A stretch of DNA of 64,000 nucleotides, from the IMG/VR virus record IMGVR_UViG_3300021399_000158, positions 2,920 to 66,919 of that record; one strand, given 5' to 3'. This document shows, in pieces, positions 1 to 9,388 of the stretch (its first letter is position 1; the number at the start of each line of letters is the position of its first letter). A program made the position numbers and the translations under genes. The stretch is from a virus (taxonomy: Duplodnaviria > Caudoviricetes). A model generated the notes under the pieces. The model saw only the letters and a program-made list of their open reading frames with translations, searched no databases and was not told where the DNA came from.

Positions 1-237
1 CAAGAATTAAGAGTAGAAGCAAGACAACAACTAGAGCAGAAGATGCTTATTGGGCAGTATAAGATTAAGAAAGCTCAAAACGCAAACAAAGCTTTGTATT
101 ACAAAGATGTTTATGGATCAGATAGTAAAAAGTTTAAGCGTGGTATGAATGCTGTAACCAGAAGCACTGAGAGCTACGGTTATTACACGATACGAAGAAA
201 CAGCGATGGCTCTTATCATATAACATCTTGGAGTTAA
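1..237 (+). CDS. 3' part of a basic hypothetical protein, truncated by the window edge
   Basis: Frame +1 is open from base 1 (QELRVEARQQLEQKMLIG...) to TAA at 237; the track start at 43 is probably internal. Confidence 0.6.
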   Translation, partial: QELRVEARQQLEQKMLIGQYKIKKAQNANKALYYKDVYGSDSKKFKRGMNAVTRSTESYGYYTIRRNSDGSYHITSWS

Positions 238-262
238 CGGATATTCTTAATTTTATTAAAAC

Positions 263-275
263 TTCAAAATGGGAG
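263..275 (+). promoter_or_regulatory. TTCAAAATGGGAG motif copy 1 (candidate late promoter/RBS element)
   Basis: Exact 13-mer also at 2034, 5979, 7960, 9914; lies just upstream of the terminase ATG. Confidence 0.65.
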
Positions 276-281
276 TAAATA

Positions 282-2030
282 ATGCTATCAAACACAGCAA
301 CACCGTTTTATTACGGCCAGTTCAGAGACGCCGTAATACGCGGCGAGATTCCTGTGTGCAAAGAAATCTCTTTAGAGATGAACAGGATAGATGATTTAGT
401 GGCTAATCCTGGCGTTTATTATGACCCTGATCCGGTTGAGGGCTGGATCAAATTTTGCGAATCAGAACTTACCCTTACTGATGGGAGAGATTTACATCTT
501 CTTGATACTTTTAAGCTATGGGGAGAGCAGGTATTTGGATGGTACTACTTTGTTGAGCACAGTGTGTACGAACCAGGACCAGAAGGTAGCAAGGGGCATT
601 ATGTTAAGAAGCGTATAAAAAAGCGTTTGATTAACAAGCAATATCTGATCGTTGGGCGAGGTGCCGCCAAGTCACTATATGACACGTGCATTCACGCTTA
701 CGGTATCGCGGTTGACACATCAACAACACACCAGATAACTACTTCCCCGACTATGAAACAATCAGAGGAAGTATTGCAGCCTTTTGGAACAGCCATTGCG
801 AGAGCGAGAGGCCCTTTGTTTCAATTCTTAACAGAGGGGTCGCTTCAGAACACAACAGGTTCAAGAGCTAATCGCCAGAAGCTTGCATCCACTAAGAAGG
901 GCATCGAAAACTTCCTCACAAATTCGTACCTGGAAATCAGACCATTAAGCATTAACAAACTTCAAGGATTAAGAGTTAAGTATTCTACAGTCGACGAGTG
1001 GCTTTCTGGGGATCTAAGAGAAGATCCTATAGGAGCAATCGAGCAGGGCGCTGCTAAAGGAGACGTCCCAGATTATATTATCGTAGCTACAAGCTCCGAA
1101 GGAACCGTCCGTAATGGTTCTGGAGATTCCATTAAAATGGAGCTTATGGATATTCTCAAAGGCGATTACTATAATCCGCATGTTTCTATATGGTGGTATA
1201 AACTCGATAGTATAGACGAGGTTGGCCAACCTGAGATGTGGCTTAAAGCGAATCCCAATTTAGGAAAAACCGTAACTTACGAAACTTATCAGTTGGATGT
1301 AGAGAAAGCAGAGAAAGTCCCATCGCAGCGCAATGATATTTTAGCCAAAAGATTTGGTATCCCAATGGAGGGCTATACATATTACTTCACTTATGAAGAA
1401 ACCTTACCTCACAAAAAGAGAGACTATTGGCAAATGCCTTGTTCAATGGGCGCGGACTTGTCTCAAGGAGACGACTTCTGCGCTTTTACTTTTTTGTTTC
1501 CTTTAGCTAGAGGCGCTTTTGGTATAAAGACTCGAAGCTATATAACTTCCTTAACCTTAATGAAACTTCCTGGGGCTATGAGGTCCAAGTACGAAGAGTT
1601 CATTAATGAAGGAAGTTTAATTGTTCTTGAAGGAACAGTTTTGGATATGATGGAAGTATATGAAGATCTTGACGACTTTATAGAAGAATCCCAATTCGAT
1701 GTTAGATCATTTGGTTTCGACCCATACAATGCGAGAGAGTTCGTTGAACGATGGGAAAAAGAAAACGGCCCTTACGGTATTGAAAAAGTCATTCAAGGTG
1801 CCAAAACAGAATCGGTTCCTCTTGGAGAATTAAAGAAGCTTGCCGGTGAGCGGCTTCTTTTGTTTGACCAGGAACTTATGTGTTTTGCAATGGGGAACTG
1901 CATAACGATGGAAGACACAAATGGAAACCGAAAGCTTTTAAAGAAACGGTACGAACAAAAGATCGATAATGTCTCAGCTATGATGGACGCCTATGTTGCG
2001 TATAAGCTTCACAAAGACGACTTCGAATAA
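282..2030 (+). CDS. terL: Terminase large subunit
   Basis: 582 aa; Walker A-like GRGAAKS, Walker B-like STVDEW, C-terminal nuclease motifs GADLSQGDD, FDPYNA, KIDNVSA. Confidence 0.93.
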   Translation: MLSNTATPFYYGQFRDAVIRGEIPVCKEISLEMNRIDDLVANPGVYYDPDPVEGWIKFCESELTLTDGRDLHLLDTFKLWGEQVFGWYYFVEHSVYEPGPEGSKGHYVKKRIKKRLINKQYLIVGRGAAKSLYDTCIHAYGIAVDTSTTHQITTSPTMKQSEEVLQPFGTAIARARGPLFQFLTEGSLQNTTGSRANRQKLASTKKGIENFLTNSYLEIRPLSINKLQGLRVKYSTVDEWLSGDLREDPIGAIEQGAAKGDVPDYIIVATSSEGTVRNGSGDSIKMELMDILKGDYYNPHVSIWWYKLDSIDEVGQPEMWLKANPNLGKTVTYETYQLDVEKAEKVPSQRNDILAKRFGIPMEGYTYYFTYEETLPHKKRDYWQMPCSMGADLSQGDDFCAFTFLFPLARGAFGIKTRSYITSLTLMKLPGAMRSKYEEFINEGSLIVLEGTVLDMMEVYEDLDDFIEESQFDVRSFGFDPYNAREFVERWEKENGPYGIEKVIQGAKTESVPLGELKKLAGERLLLFDQELMCFAMGNCITMEDTNGNRKLLKKRYEQKIDNVSAMMDAYVAYKLHKDDFE

Positions 2031-2033
2031 AAA

Positions 2034-2046
2034 TTCAAAATGGGAG
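2034..2046 (+). promoter_or_regulatory. TTCAAAATGGGAG motif copy 2
   Basis: Exact 13-mer, 6 nt before ATG 2053. Confidence 0.65.
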
Positions 2047-2052
2047 AAAACT

Positions 2053-3360
2053 ATGAATGAACTATACCATCACGGCGTCAAAGGAATGAAGTGGGGGGTT
2101 AGAAAAGATAGACAAACAGGTACTAGTAATTCAAAGAAAACCAGTCGACCAGAACTAACTCCGAAACAGAAAAGAATTGCTAGGAACGTTGCTATCGGTG
2201 CTGCCGTGGCTGCGGCTGCTGTTGGCGGTGTTGTTCTGTATTCGACAATCAAGGACAAGGATGTCCAAAAGCGTTATACAGAAACTGGGAGAAAAGCTGT
2301 AGAAAAAGCCATAAATGACAGAATAAATGTAGAAATAAATTCAGACATTAACATGTGGGCTTCGATAGATCCTGAACGTGCCGAAAGCATCAGAGCTAAT
2401 CGAGACGAGCTCTTAAAAGAACGTAGAAATAGCATTAACAAAAAAGTCTATGACACCGAAGTTAAACAGCTTGGAAAGAGCGCGTACGAAGCAGCTAAAA
2501 AGAATCGTGCGATAATAAATAAGAATCGCAAAATTCGAAAAGGCAGAGGAGATATTTTAGATTCCCCAATTCCTGCTCATATGATGTGGAAAGACCCTAG
2601 AAAACATTATAACGCCCCTTATGATATTTTACTGAAGCACATTGATGACGATGAAAACTATCTTGCGCATCATGGTGTCAAAGGCATGAAATGGGGCGTT
2701 CGAAAGGAAAGAGAACTGGTTGGGCGAAAAAGACGTTCTTCTACAAAAAGTACAAGAAAACGAAACGCAACAACAAGAGAAGGAGCAGGACTACTTAAAA
2801 AGAAACAATCTAAAAAAGAAGTGTTTCCTCCTTATGTAAACGAGCAGGTTGTAAGACAAATGAACCCAACGAACAATCAAATGAATTGTGCGTTTACATC
2901 TACTGGGTACGTCGTAAACAAAATCACTTCTAAAAACGTAACTGCTAATGCTTTTGAACCTGGAATGTTGGGTGATTTGACAGCGAATACTGGAACATCT
3001 CCCGATTTTTTTGAGAAAGCTTTGTCTAACACGACCCGTTCTAAATTCTCGGATGCTAAGTATTTTAGAGACCTTCCAACCATGACCGAAGCGACAAAAA
3101 ACATAAAAGATAATTCATATGGAATAATATTTGTTCAGCATCCTCTTGGTTGTGGTCATTATGTAAATTATGAAAAACGAAATGGTGTGACAACCATTAT
3201 TGATTGCCAAGGAACAGCTTTTACTGGAAAACAAGTAAATTCTCCAGATGCTTGGTCAAAAAAAGGAGTCAGAGCAATTGAGTACTGGGATTGTACAAAT
3301 GCCAGTATTTCTCCAGAAGGACAATCTAAATATTTGAATAAGATTTTAAGAGAATCATAA
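2053..3360 (+). CDS. Two-module HHGVKGMKWG-tagged protein with a C-terminal papain-fold (Tox-PL/glutamine deamidase-like) domain
   Basis: ATG 2053 follows GGGAG; tags NELYHHGVKGMKWGVRK and YLAHHGVKGMKWGVRK; C-terminal NC...GH(Y)VNY...IIDCQ gives a Cys-His-Asp triad pattern. Confidence 0.7.
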   Translation: MNELYHHGVKGMKWGVRKDRQTGTSNSKKTSRPELTPKQKRIARNVAIGAAVAAAAVGGVVLYSTIKDKDVQKRYTETGRKAVEKAINDRINVEINSDINMWASIDPERAESIRANRDELLKERRNSINKKVYDTEVKQLGKSAYEAAKKNRAIINKNRKIRKGRGDILDSPIPAHMMWKDPRKHYNAPYDILLKHIDDDENYLAHHGVKGMKWGVRKERELVGRKRRSSTKSTRKRNATTREGAGLLKKKQSKKEVFPPYVNEQVVRQMNPTNNQMNCAFTSTGYVVNKITSKNVTANAFEPGMLGDLTANTGTSPDFFEKALSNTTRSKFSDAKYFRDLPTMTEATKNIKDNSYGIIFVQHPLGCGHYVNYEKRNGVTTIIDCQGTAFTGKQVNSPDAWSKKGVRAIEYWDCTNASISPEGQSKYLNKILRES

Positions 3361-3372
3361 AGGAGCCTAATT

Positions 3373-3645
3373 ATGGATTTTGAATCTGCTTTAAATGAAA
3401 TTAGAAAAGAGCCATCGGTTAATACTGTATGGTTCGGCTTTCAAACAAATAGACGATTTATATTTGTCGTGTCTCCTAACTCCATGTTTATTCCTAGAGA
3501 TGCCGAATCGTTTATGATTGCTATTGATAGGAATACTGGAGAAAAACAGATATCTAAGTTTATTCAAATTCCAGAAGCTGAAAATGTATTTGAACATGCA
3601 AAATACGTCGACGCAACAGCTGAAGATTTTGCAGATATGATGTGA
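3373..3645 (+). CDS. Small acidic protein, candidate immunity/antitoxin for the upstream papain-fold domain
   Basis: 90 aa, AAGGAG RBS, directly downstream of the toxin-like domain, carries no tag; function inferred from position only. Confidence 0.4.
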   Translation: MDFESALNEIRKEPSVNTVWFGFQTNRRFIFVVSPNSMFIPRDAESFMIAIDRNTGEKQISKFIQIPEAENVFEHAKYVDATAEDFADMM

Positions 3646-3654
3646 GGATTGATA

Positions 3655-4212
3655 ATGAACAACGAACTTTACCATCATGGCGTCAAAGGAATGAGGTGGG
3701 GAGTAAGAAAGAAACGCCCAACTACAGGTCGTCATGTTCGAACAAGATCTGGTGAACAATTATATTTGCAGAAGCGTGAGACACCAACTTTTACAAAAGT
3801 ACTAGCCAAACATAATTCCAAGATACGAGACACCGTTAATCGAACAACGCAATATAACATCATGAAAGGTGATAAGCGAGTTGGCGATCTGGAATTATAT
3901 TCTGTGTCAAAAGACGAATTGAACGGCGTTTGGTTAGGTGTCAAAAATAATGAGCGTGGCCACGGATACGCGTCCGCTGTTTTAGAAGACACAATAAATT
4001 ATGCTAAACAGAATGGATATAAAAAAATGACTCTTGAAGTCCCAGGGCATTCTCCAGATGCTAGGCATATTTACGAAAAGCATGGCTTCGTTCCGACCAA
4101 GGTGCTTTCCACACAAGAAGATGATCCTGTTTGGAGTGGATTAACTGCTATGGAGTTGGATCTCACGCAAGTAAAGCACATCGATGACAACACATATAGA
4201 AAGTACAGGTGA
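3655..4212 (+). CDS. HHGVKGMRWG-tagged GNAT acetyltransferase
   Basis: NELYHHGVKGMRWGVRK, then GNAT motif A (GVKNNERGHGYASAVL) and LEV...ARHIYEKHGF. Confidence 0.8.
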   Translation: MNNELYHHGVKGMRWGVRKKRPTTGRHVRTRSGEQLYLQKRETPTFTKVLAKHNSKIRDTVNRTTQYNIMKGDKRVGDLELYSVSKDELNGVWLGVKNNERGHGYASAVLEDTINYAKQNGYKKMTLEVPGHSPDARHIYEKHGFVPTKVLSTQEDDPVWSGLTAMELDLTQVKHIDDNTYRKYR

Positions 4213-4217
4213 TTTTT

Positions 4218-4694
4218 ATGAGCAACGAACTATACCATCATGGTGTAAAAGGAATGAAATGGGGAGTTCGAAAAGATCGCAGAGCGTCCAACGAAAGTAA
4301 ACTTGCAAGAAACACCTCATATCGAAATAAATTAGCTAGAAGGGCCGAAATAAAGTCCAAGTTAAACACCAAAGCGTATAATCAAGCAAATTCGGAGTAC
4401 AACGATCTTGCAAAGAATGGGCTTAAGAGTAACGCGTGGAATGATGAAGTTAAAAGAAGATACGAAAGCGATCTCACGAAATACGGATTTAGCAGTTGGA
4501 CTCCTGCAATTAACTCTGCAATTAATTCGATTGATAAACATGCTATGAGAACGTACATGGTGGATGTTGATATGGAACGAGAAAGATACAAGGCTGCTGC
4601 GGACAGATGGATGAATTCTAATAAGAATCTTATGAATATGCCAATTTCTAGTACCACAAAGAAGAGGGATATTCGTAGAACTTATAGAGCATAG
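4218..4694 (+). CDS. HHGVKGMKWG-tagged basic helical protein of unknown function
   Basis: MSNELYHHGVKGMKWGVRKDR N-terminus. Confidence 0.75.
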   Translation: MSNELYHHGVKGMKWGVRKDRRASNESKLARNTSYRNKLARRAEIKSKLNTKAYNQANSEYNDLAKNGLKSNAWNDEVKRRYESDLTKYGFSSWTPAINSAINSIDKHAMRTYMVDVDMERERYKAAADRWMNSNKNLMNMPISSTTKKRDIRRTYRA

Positions 4695-4703
4695 GAGGTG
4701 TTT

Positions 4704-5966
4704 ATGCCAGAAATAACATTAGGCGACAGACTAAAAAATGCCTGGAATGCCTTCACTTCTCGTTCGCCGACGTCTTGGACGCAACCGAACGGATTTTCTA
4801 GTTATGGCTTACGGCCGGACAGAGTAAGATTATCTAGAGGAAATGAACGATCGATTATTACCGCTGTGTACAACAGAATTGCTATTGACGTAGCGGCTGT
4901 TGATATTCGGCATGTTCGTTTAGATGATAATGACCGATACATTGAAACAATCGATTCCGGGCTGAATAATGTTTTGTCATTAGAGGCGAATCTTGATCAA
5001 AGCGGAAGAGAGTTTATTCAGGATGTTGTAATGTCGATGTTTGATGAGGGATGCGTTGCTATTGTCCCAACTGACACAGATATTGACCCTAAACTTTCAG
5101 GTGCTTATGATGTCTTAACTGTGAGAACTGGGCGTATAGTTCAGTGGTACCCGGAGCATGTAAAAGTCCACTTATACAATCAGCAAACAGGCAGGAAAGA
5201 AGATATTATTCTCCCTAAAAGACTTGTTGCTATTGTAGAGAACCCGCTTTATGCGGTAATGAATGAGCCTAACTCAACTTTGCAAAGGTTGATTCGAAAA
5301 CTTAATATGCTTGACCAAATCGATGAGCAGAACAGTTCTGGAAAATTGGATTTGATCATTCAATTGCCTTATGTTGTTAAGTCTCAAAAGCGGCAGGAGC
5401 AAGCCGAAGCAAGAAGAGACCAGATTGAAACGCAGTTGAGAGGCTCAAAGTATGGAATCGCGTACACTGACGGAACAGAACGTATTACACAGTTGAATCG
5501 TCCTGTAGAAAACAATTTGTTATCTCAGATTGAATACTTAACGAGCATGCTTTACGGCCAGTTAGGAATTACTGAAGAGATTTTCAAAGGAACAGCAGAC
5601 GAAGCGACAATGCTGAATTATTACAATCGTTCAGTTGAGCCTGTTCTGGCAGCTATTACAGATTCTTTAAAACGTAAATTTCTTACAAAGACCGCAAGGT
5701 CCCAACACCAATCTATCAAATACTTCAAAGACCCATTCAAGCTTGTGCCTGTTGAGCAGCTTGCTGAGATCGCCGATAAGTTCACTCGTAACGAGATTAT
5801 GACTTCTAACGAGATTCGGCAGATTGTTGGAATGAAACCTGCTGACGATCCGAAGGCAGACATGCTTATCAATTCCAACTTGAATCAAGAATCCGGAGCG
5901 ATCCCGCAAGAAGGTGAGTTCGAAGAAGACGACGAAGATGAATACGGAGACGAAGAATTTGAGTAA
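4704..5966 (+). CDS. Portal protein
   Basis: About 420 aa between terminase region and capsid gene; AVYNRIAIDVA, KLDLIIQLPY, MTSNEIRQIVG motifs; GGAGG RBS before ATG 4704. Confidence 0.9.
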   Translation: MPEITLGDRLKNAWNAFTSRSPTSWTQPNGFSSYGLRPDRVRLSRGNERSIITAVYNRIAIDVAAVDIRHVRLDDNDRYIETIDSGLNNVLSLEANLDQSGREFIQDVVMSMFDEGCVAIVPTDTDIDPKLSGAYDVLTVRTGRIVQWYPEHVKVHLYNQQTGRKEDIILPKRLVAIVENPLYAVMNEPNSTLQRLIRKLNMLDQIDEQNSSGKLDLIIQLPYVVKSQKRQEQAEARRDQIETQLRGSKYGIAYTDGTERITQLNRPVENNLLSQIEYLTSMLYGQLGITEEIFKGTADEATMLNYYNRSVEPVLAAITDSLKRKFLTKTARSQHQSIKYFKDPFKLVPVEQLAEIADKFTRNEIMTSNEIRQIVGMKPADDPKADMLINSNLNQESGAIPQEGEFEEDDEDEYGDEEFE

Positions 5967-5978
5967 AGAAAGGAATAA

Positions 5979-5991
5979 TTCAAAATGGGAG
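5979..5991 (+). promoter_or_regulatory. TTCAAAATGGGAG motif copy 3 (contains the capsid gene ATG)
   Basis: Exact 13-mer. Confidence 0.6.
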
Positions 5992-7952
5992 TAAATTACG
6001 ATTTTAGTGGCTATGCTACTAAGAACGACCTTAAATGCTCCGATGGAAGAACTATTCGAAAGAACGCATTTAAGGATAACGATGGCAAGAGGGTCCCCCT
6101 TGTTTGGCAGCACATGCATGATGATCCGGAAAATGTAATTGGCCATGCGCTTCTTGAAAATCGAGAAGATGGCGTGTATGCATACGGAACATTTAATGAT
6201 ACGCCTAAGGGCAAAACTGCTAAAGCCCTTGTTGAACATGGCGACATTGTGTCGCTGTCGATCTATGCCAATAAGTTAAAGCAGAACGGTGGAGACGTTC
6301 TCCACGGTGTTATTAGAGAAGTAAGCCTCGTGTTAGCTGGTGCTAATCCCGGGGCTTCTATTGATTTTCCGATTCTTGCTCACTCTGGAGAAGAGAGTGA
6401 GACAGAGGCAACAATCTATACTGGCGAAACCATTTATCTTGAGCATTCCAAAAAGGACGAAGACGAAGAGGACGACGAGGAAAAGAAAGCTGCCGAAGAT
6501 GAAGAATCATCTGAAGACGAACCGCCCAAAAAAGAAGAGCAGGGCGAAGAAGAGTCTGACGATGAAGATTCCGATGACGAAGATGAAGAAAAGAAGAAAA
6601 AGAAAAAGGAGAACGAAATGGCACACGCTGATGAAAAAGGCAAGACCGTAAAAGATGTATTTGAAGAGCTCACAGATGAGCAGAAGAATGTTGTTTACTT
6701 TATGATTGGCCAGGCACTGGAAGATGCAGGAGTTTCTGGCGAGGAGGAAGACAAAGAAATGAAGCACAACGTATTTGACCAGGAATACGAAAGACAGGAT
6801 GTACTCAGCCATGACGATATGGTAGATATTATTGAAATGGCAAAGAACAGCACAGTTGGCACATTTAAGAATGCTATGGAAATCTATGCTGAGGAAAACG
6901 ATAAAGTCCTGATGCATTCTGACGTAACTAGACCGGTTCCGGTCGGTGGTTTTATTCAGACACCTGCCGCCGAGGGAGACCTGACAGTCGAGGCTCTGTT
7001 CCCGGACTATAAAGATATCGGTCAGCCTTGGAACAATATTCTGACAAACGACCAGGGTTGGATCGGAGCAGTAATGAGCAAGACTCACAAAAGCCCGATC
7101 AGCAGAATCAGAACAGGCCAGGTTGACATTCGTAACATCGAGGCTCTGAGAGCTAAGGGTTACCAGAAGGGTAGATACAAGAAGGAAACCGGCAACTTCA
7201 AACTGGTAAGAAGAACAACCGACCCGCAGACAATCTATGTTAAGAATGCTCTGCACAGAGACGACATTGTTGATATCACTGATTTCGATTATGTTCAGTA
7301 CCTGTACAACATTGACAAGATGATGATGAATGAGGAGATTGCGACCGCCATCATGTTCGGTGACGGCAGAGACGAAGGCGATGAGGATAAGATCTTCCCC
7401 GAGCACATCAGACCGATTTGGCTTGACGACGAACTGTATACAAGACACTTTGATCTGGATATGGCTGCTGCTAGAGAAGCTATTCAGGGTTCAGAGACAG
7501 ACTCTTACTTCAGCGAAAACTACATCAGAGCAGAGGCGTTCATCGAGAAGTGTCTGTACACAAGAGAAGAGCATAAGGGAACAGGCACACCGGACATGTT
7601 CATTCACCCGCATGAGCTGAATGTTATGCTGCTGGCAAGAGACAGAAACGGTCGTAGAATTTACGACAATGTCAACGATCTGAAGGCTGCTTTCAACGTT
7701 GCTAACATCTACACTTGTGAGCAGATGATTAACAAAGTCAGAACAGACGATGAGAACAAGAAGCATAAGCTGCTTGCCCTGTTCGTAAATCTGGGTGATT
7801 ACCAGGTTGGCGCTACAAAGGGCGGTGAGCTGACACACTTCACCCAGTTCGACATTGACTTTAACCAGCAGAAGAGCCTGCTTGAGACTAGAATTTCTGG
7901 TGCTCTGACTAAGGTTTACTCTGCTATCGCTATTGAAGAAGTAGTTGAGTAA
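5985..7952 (+). CDS. Prohead protease - acidic scaffold linker - major capsid protein fusion
   Basis: N-terminal HK97-type protease (FSGYA, VWQHMHDDPENVIGH, LSIYAN, EVSLVLAGANPGA), very acidic/Lys linker, about 340-aa C-terminal capsid-sized domain. Confidence 0.88.
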   Translation: MGVNYDFSGYATKNDLKCSDGRTIRKNAFKDNDGKRVPLVWQHMHDDPENVIGHALLENREDGVYAYGTFNDTPKGKTAKALVEHGDIVSLSIYANKLKQNGGDVLHGVIREVSLVLAGANPGASIDFPILAHSGEESETEATIYTGETIYLEHSKKDEDEEDDEEKKAAEDEESSEDEPPKKEEQGEEESDDEDSDDEDEEKKKKKKENEMAHADEKGKTVKDVFEELTDEQKNVVYFMIGQALEDAGVSGEEEDKEMKHNVFDQEYERQDVLSHDDMVDIIEMAKNSTVGTFKNAMEIYAEENDKVLMHSDVTRPVPVGGFIQTPAAEGDLTVEALFPDYKDIGQPWNNILTNDQGWIGAVMSKTHKSPISRIRTGQVDIRNIEALRAKGYQKGRYKKETGNFKLVRRTTDPQTIYVKNALHRDDIVDITDFDYVQYLYNIDKMMMNEEIATAIMFGDGRDEGDEDKIFPEHIRPIWLDDELYTRHFDLDMAAAREAIQGSETDSYFSENYIRAEAFIEKCLYTREEHKGTGTPDMFIHPHELNVMLLARDRNGRRIYDNVNDLKAAFNVANIYTCEQMINKVRTDDENKKHKLLALFVNLGDYQVGATKGGELTHFTQFDIDFNQQKSLLETRISGALTKVYSAIAIEEVVE

Positions 7953-7959
7953 TTAAAAA

Positions 7960-7972
7960 TTCAAAATGGGAG
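7960..7972 (+). promoter_or_regulatory. TTCAAAATGGGAG motif copy 4
   Basis: Exact 13-mer between capsid and head-completion genes. Confidence 0.65.
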
Positions 7973-7984
7973 TAATTTGTAGAA

Positions 7985-8308
7985 ATGGCTAAGTGGTATG
8001 GAAAAGTAGGGTTCTCCGAAACAACAGAAACTTCGCCCGGCGTATGGGAAGAAGAGATAACTGAAAGACCATATTATGGGGACATAGTAAGAAACCATAA
8101 ACGGTGGGAAAGCGGTGAAAACTTAAATGACAACATCTCTTTGCAAAACGAACTTAGTATAGTAAGCGACCCATACGCCGTACAAAACTTCCACTGCATT
8201 CGCTATGCCGAATTTATGGGCACTAAATGGCGTGTAACAGCAGTAGATGTGCAATATCCAAGATTGTCTCTTAGTTTGGGAGGTGTATATAATGGGCCGC
8301 AGACTTAA
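7985..8308 (+). CDS. Head completion/head-closure protein
   Basis: 107 aa, after capsid gene; W-rich beta pattern (MAKWYGKVGF...GTKWRVTAVDV). Confidence 0.65.
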   Translation: MAKWYGKVGFSETTETSPGVWEEEITERPYYGDIVRNHKRWESGENLNDNISLQNELSIVSDPYAVQNFHCIRYAEFMGTKWRVTAVDVQYPRLSLSLGGVYNGPQT

Positions 8309-8600
8309 ACTGCAAGCCGAGTTGGAAGAATTACTTGGCACAAGAAACGTATATTTTCAACCGCCTGAAACTAAGAAACTTGTGTATCCTTGCATCATTT
8401 ACAATCGCCAGTCTATCGACACTACGAAAGCAGACGACTCGAACTATCTATTAAATGATGCATATGAATTGACCGTCATTTATAAGCACCCCGACGATCT
8501 ATTACCATACAAGATTTTGGGTGCGTTTAAGTATATAAAGCATGACAGACATTTCACATCAGACAATTTAAATCATGATACATTCAATCTCTACTATTAA
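8292..8600 (+). CDS. Tail terminator/completion protein
   Basis: NVYFQPP...YPCIIY motif; directly before the major tail gene; start reassigned to ATG 8292. Confidence 0.65.
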   Translation: MGRRLKLQAELEELLGTRNVYFQPPETKKLVYPCIIYNRQSIDTTKADDSNYLLNDAYELTVIYKHPDDLLPYKILGAFKYIKHDRHFTSDNLNHDTFNLYY

Positions 8601-8615
8601 TGGAGGACAATTATA

Positions 8616-9317
8616 ATGGCCAAACTTACATGGGATGAAAGCGGTAAGCGCCTCTATGAAACTGGTGTAAAGCAGGGTGTGCTGTATGTCCAGGATTCTA
8701 ATGGAACTTACCCCAAAGGCGTTGCTTGGAACGGACTGACAGGCGTTACAGAATCTCCTTCCGGCGCTGAAGCTAATGCACAGTATGCGGACGACATTAA
8801 GTATCTGAATCTGTATTCAGCTGAGGAATTTGGAGCAACTGTTGAAGCGTTTACATATCCGGACGAGTGGGCTGAATGCGACGGATCCGCTGAAATTGCT
8901 AAAGGTGTTTACATGGGCCAGCAGGGAAGAAAGTCATTCGGTCTGTGCTACAGAACCGCAGTTGGTAATGACATTGACGGCTCTGACCACGGATACAAGC
9001 TTCATCTTATTTATGGAGCGATGGCTTCTCCTTCTGAGAAGGCATATTCCACAATTAATGACTCACCGGAACCGATTACATTCAGCTGGGAAATCAATAC
9101 AACACCGGTTAATGTTCCGGGATTCAAGCCGACCGCTCTGGTTACAGTAGACTCCACTAAGTTTACAACAGAAGACCAGAAGGCAAAACTGGCTGCTCTC
9201 GAAGAAAAGCTTTATGGCTCTGAAAACAAGGAAGCATTTCTGCCTCTTCCGGCGGAAGTATTTAAGACTCTTGGAGCAGAAACCACTGGCGACGAGGGCG
9301 ACGATCTTAACCCGTAA
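8616..9317 (+). CDS. Major tail (tube) protein
   Basis: MAKLTWDESGKRLYETGV...GVAWNGLT...YADDIKY...KLHLIYG pattern typical of siphovirus tail tube proteins. Confidence 0.85.
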   Translation: MAKLTWDESGKRLYETGVKQGVLYVQDSNGTYPKGVAWNGLTGVTESPSGAEANAQYADDIKYLNLYSAEEFGATVEAFTYPDEWAECDGSAEIAKGVYMGQQGRKSFGLCYRTAVGNDIDGSDHGYKLHLIYGAMASPSEKAYSTINDSPEPITFSWEINTTPVNVPGFKPTALVTVDSTKFTTEDQKAKLAALEEKLYGSENKEAFLPLPAEVFKTLGAETTGDEGDDLNP

Positions 9318-9338
9318 ACATATTATCTGGAAGTTTAT

Positions 9339-9363
9339 GAGGCCTCTTTATGAGGCCTCTTTT
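9339..9363 (+). terminator. Intrinsic terminator-like hairpin after the major tail gene
   Basis: GAGGCCTC-TTTAT-GAGGCCTC-TTTT, formed by a tandem 13-nt duplication of a palindrome. Confidence 0.55.
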
Positions 9364-9388
9364 AATTGTTAGAAAGGAGCAGAATCTC

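Noticed and set aside
6440-6620. Low-complexity GAA/GAC run as a mobile or non-coding repeat
   Set aside because: It is the in-frame acidic/Lys linker of the protease-capsid precursor
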